Assembly (NCBI GenBank): GCA_963708285.1
Contig: CAVPSF010000001.1
Coordinates: 99,479-163,478, forward strand
Direction of reading: 5' to 3'
From: an uncultured Acidobacteriota bacterium
GTDB lineage: Bacteria; Acidobacteriota; Terriglobia; Acidiferrales; UBA7541
DNA length: 64,000 nucleotides
The position numbers and the translations under genes were made by a program. The notes beneath the pieces were generated by a model that had not been told where the DNA came from, did no database searches, and saw only the letters and a program-made list of their open reading frames with translations. Numbering within the stretch: the first letter of the stretch is position 1; every line of letters begins with the position of its first letter. Below, piece after piece: positions 61,753 through 64,000 of this stretch.

Positions 61753-62871
61753 CTATTCCATATTCCCTTTCGGCGCCACCCACTTCGGTTCCATTTGCTG
61801 AATTTCTCCGACCAGCTTGATGTCCTCCGGCTGCGGCAGCATGGCCTTGCGATGCTCGGCATAGGCTTCCGGGGATAGCAATTCTCCCGTGACGCTATAC
61901 GGCTGATTGGCAAACTCGCCGATAAAGCGGTTGAATTTGAGATCCGGCACATAGAGTTTCGGCTGCCCCGCCGGAACATGCTTGTTGATCTGCTCGATCA
62001 ATTTTTCGCACTCCTGGCGGTAGAGGCCGCGATTATGCTCATTCATATGCCCGAGGTCCGCTTCCTGCTGCGTTTGCGCCTCATCGTAGCGCCCCTTGAG
62101 TCCCCAGACATAAAACCAGTGCGCCGAGCTGGAAGAATCCACCCCAAACAGGTCGTAGCTGACGGGAATCCATTTGTTGATGTATTTCTGAACGATGTTG
62201 AGCGGCACCACTCCGGCTTTCACGATGCGCTTCAGGCCGTCGTGTCCCGTGCCCAAATGAAACGATTCCTCGCGCAGCATGGGGTTCATGGATTGCGCCA
62301 GAGGCTCGAAGCCGGAATAACTGAGCATGGTTAGCTGGAATTTTCCGTCGCGGTCCACGAAATCGGTGTAGGTGAAAAAATCCAGCCAGTTGTCCACAAT
62401 CTGATTGAAAGCGCCCAGGAGCCGCTTGGATTCGAAGGCGCGCCGCTCCAGCATCTTTTGCGCTTCCACTTTTCCGCCGTATCCGAAGTGGTTGATCAGC
62501 AGGTAGCACATCTGCCAGCCGTGGCGCATTTCCTCGGTCACCACGCGGCACAGCGATTTGCGATCGTGTTCGCTTGGGGAATGTTCGAAGAGGCGGCGCT
62601 GCTGTTCGACCGACGCGAATTCCGTGTCGCCCTGGTAGACAATCAAATTGAGCAGGCCGTCGCGGATGCGCTGGTCGGGAATTTCCAGCACCCGCCGCCA
62701 CTTGGAGCGCCCCTTGAACGCGCCAAATTCGATTTCATTCGAGCGCGTGGGCCCGAATTTCGCTTCAAACTGATAATTTTCGATTTCCTGGTAATTCACG
62801 CCGATGTCGTTGCGCCAGACGCGGAACAGATCCACCCAATCGTCGAAGGTGCTGATGCGTGCTGCCGGCAT
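61753..62871 (-). CDS. BoxB-like di-iron oxygenase (benzoyl-CoA 2,3-epoxidase subunit B family), short form
   Basis: QGDTEFASVEQQRRL, VTEEMRHGWQMCYLL (ExxH), FTYTDFVDRDGKFQL and MLREESFHLGTG (ExxH) align with my recollection of BoxB motifs (QGDTEPASVEQQRHL, VEEGRHLW, ITDRDGKFQL, LTEEAHH). At 372 aa it is shorter than the roughly 470 aa of canonical BoxB. Confidence 0.7.
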   Translation of the reverse strand: MPAARISTFDDWVDLFRVWRNDIGVNYQEIENYQFEAKFGPTRSNEIEFGAFKGRSKWRRVLEIPDQRIRDGLLNLIVYQGDTEFASVEQQRRLFEHSPSEHDRKSLCRVVTEEMRHGWQMCYLLINHFGYGGKVEAQKMLERRAFESKRLLGAFNQIVDNWLDFFTYTDFVDRDGKFQLTMLSYSGFEPLAQSMNPMLREESFHLGTGHDGLKRIVKAGVVPLNIVQKYINKWIPVSYDLFGVDSSSSAHWFYVWGLKGRYDEAQTQQEADLGHMNEHNRGLYRQECEKLIEQINKHVPAGQPKLYVPDLKFNRFIGEFANQPYSVTGELLSPEAYAEHRKAMLPQPEDIKLVGEIQQMEPKWVAPKGNME

Positions 62872-62937
62872 TGTGGTTCTCCTTGTTGCTTCACTTCCCG
62901 AGCAAAAAATGGCGCGCGGCTGTGAGCCGCCGGCCGT

Positions 62938-63753
62938 TCAGCGGCCCATGAAATTCGGCTTGCGCTTTTCAAAAAATGCCGCCAAACCCTCGGCGCAGTC
63001 TTCCGAAAGGAAACAGTGAATCTGCAGGCGAATTTCCTCGTCGAGCGCCGCTTCCAGTTCCCTGCGCTTTTCACCGATCATGGCGTGCTTCACGTCGCGG
63101 TAGACCAGCGGAGGGCCGCCCGCCAGGCGTTCGGCCAGTTGCCGAGATTCCAATTCGAACTGGTCCGCAGGAAATACCCGGCAGACGATTCCGATGTGTT
63201 GGGCCTCCGTGGCCGACAGCATTTCCGCGGTATAAAACAATTCCGAGGCGCGCGATAGCCCCACCAGGCGCGGCAAAAAATACGTGGAGCCGAAATCGGG
63301 ATAGAGGCCCACCTGCGCGAAGGATTGCGCGAACCCGGCGCGCTCCGAAGCGATGCGCAGATCGCACGCCAGCGCCAGACTCATTCCCGCGCCGGCAGCC
63401 GGGCCATTGACCGCGGCAATCACCAGTTTGGGAGTGGAGGCGATGGCCATGCAAATTTCCTTGCCGGCGTTGAGCAGGCCGGTCAACTCTTTCGCGGCGT
63501 TTCGCGACCGCGCCTCACGAATCTGCGCCAAATCACCACCCGCGCAAAACGCCGGCCCCGCGCCGGTGATCACAATCACCTTCACGGATTTATCTTCAGT
63601 TGCGCGCAGAAATGCGTGGACCAGGGCCCGCGACATCTCCACGTTCAGCGCGTTGCGTTTTTCCGGGCGGTTGAGGCGCAGCGTGGCCACACCGCCCGCG
63701 CGCTCTTCGAGGATGCATGAGGAAACGTCGGAAAACTTCGCGGCCTCGGCCAT
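62938..63753 (-). CDS. Enoyl-CoA hydratase/isomerase (crotonase) family protein
   Basis: 271-aa ORF. …LNRPEKRNAL…VIVITGAGPAFCAGGDL…AAVNGPAAGAGMSLALACDLRIA… is the crotonase oxyanion-hole pattern. Confidence 0.85.
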   Translation of the reverse strand: MAEAAKFSDVSSCILEERAGGVATLRLNRPEKRNALNVEMSRALVHAFLRATEDKSVKVIVITGAGPAFCAGGDLAQIREARSRNAAKELTGLLNAGKEICMAIASTPKLVIAAVNGPAAGAGMSLALACDLRIASERAGFAQSFAQVGLYPDFGSTYFLPRLVGLSRASELFYTAEMLSATEAQHIGIVCRVFPADQFELESRQLAERLAGGPPLVYRDVKHAMIGEKRRELEAALDEEIRLQIHCFLSEDCAEGLAAFFEKRKPNFMGR

Positions 63754-63766
63754 GGAGCTGGCCCTC

Positions 63767-64000
63767 CTAGTCCTTCAAACTCTTCAGCAGCGCGGCAAGC
63801 TGCTTGAAATAGCGCGATTTCACGGCGCGATCCGTTCCGGTGTTTCGCCCGCTGGTGGAGGGGAGGACAAAAACCTGCGCGCCGTACAGTAGTTCCTTTT
63901 GCAGGCCGAGCTTGCAGGAGCGTCCCATGAATTTTTCGTACACCATCTTCCCGTTGAAAGCGATTACTCGCGGGCGCATGTCTTCCAGTTTTTGCGCCAG
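63767..64000 (-). CDS. mug: G/U mismatch-specific uracil-DNA glycosylase (Mug/TDG family), C-terminal part; 5' end outside the window
   Basis: The frame is open to the window edge. …LAQKLEDMRPRVIAFNGKMVYEKF…GAQVFVLPSTSGRN… parallels E. coli Mug …[21 protein letters not shown]…TQIWVLPNPSGLSR. Confidence 0.7.
   Translation of the reverse strand: MAQKLEDMRPRVIAFNGKMVYEKFMGRSCKLGLQKELLYGAQVFVLPSTSGRNTGTDRAVKSRYFKQLAALLKSLKD

Overview
This is a GC-rich bacterial chromosomal segment. Its gene content and protein style are reminiscent of Acidobacteriota, but that is an inference I could not verify. Genes are densely packed and almost all are housekeeping. I support about 60 protein genes, one tRNA-Ala(GGC) and a small (4.5S-type) SRP RNA.

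Recognisable blocks in window order:
- cinA' - thpR - plsY, an HD-GYP sensor, and ftsY-ribD-ribE plus an MSOX-like flavoprotein.
- A five-gene translationally coupled minus-strand operon: histidine kinase, sigma-54 response regulator, MobA-like, orphan ABC ATPase, APC permease.
- CIRCE-controlled groES-groEL, a DUF47/PhoU-like gene with a PiT phosphate transporter, and ribBA.
- Two tandem YncE-like beta-propeller paralogs, comEA-like, an M16 peptidase pair, and uvrB.
- rnc-lepB-asmA, two TPR proteins, an ECF sigma/anti-sigma pair, and tRNA-Ala.
- A PagL-like deacylase, an M50 protease, and a second sigma-54 activator locus.
- SRP RNA-dnaX-ybaB-recR, followed by a PilZ-like/coiled-coil giant protein.
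- A heterodimeric ABC exporter, lpxB, and an M1-peptidase homolog that has lost its catalytic motifs.
- A BoxB-like di-iron oxygenase / CoA-ester cluster, and a partial mug.

I saw no transposases, integrases, prophage genes, CRISPR arrays or recognisable defence genes, and I cannot point to a convincing self-contained novel system.

The most unusual observations:
1. Six independent single-nucleotide (+1) reading-frame breaks, in ftsY, groEL, DUF47, PiT, the PagL-like gene and the PilZ giant.
2. The PilZ-like domain fused to about 700 aa of coiled coil.
3. An orphan ABC ATPase coupled to an APC permease under a two-component/sigma-54 pair.
4. A catalytically dead M1 peptidase-TPR protein.
5. 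A short BoxB-like oxygenase cluster with no boxA or boxC.
6. A RibBA whose cyclohydrolase II half looks degenerate.

All family assignments rest on motif recognition by eye. No database search was run.
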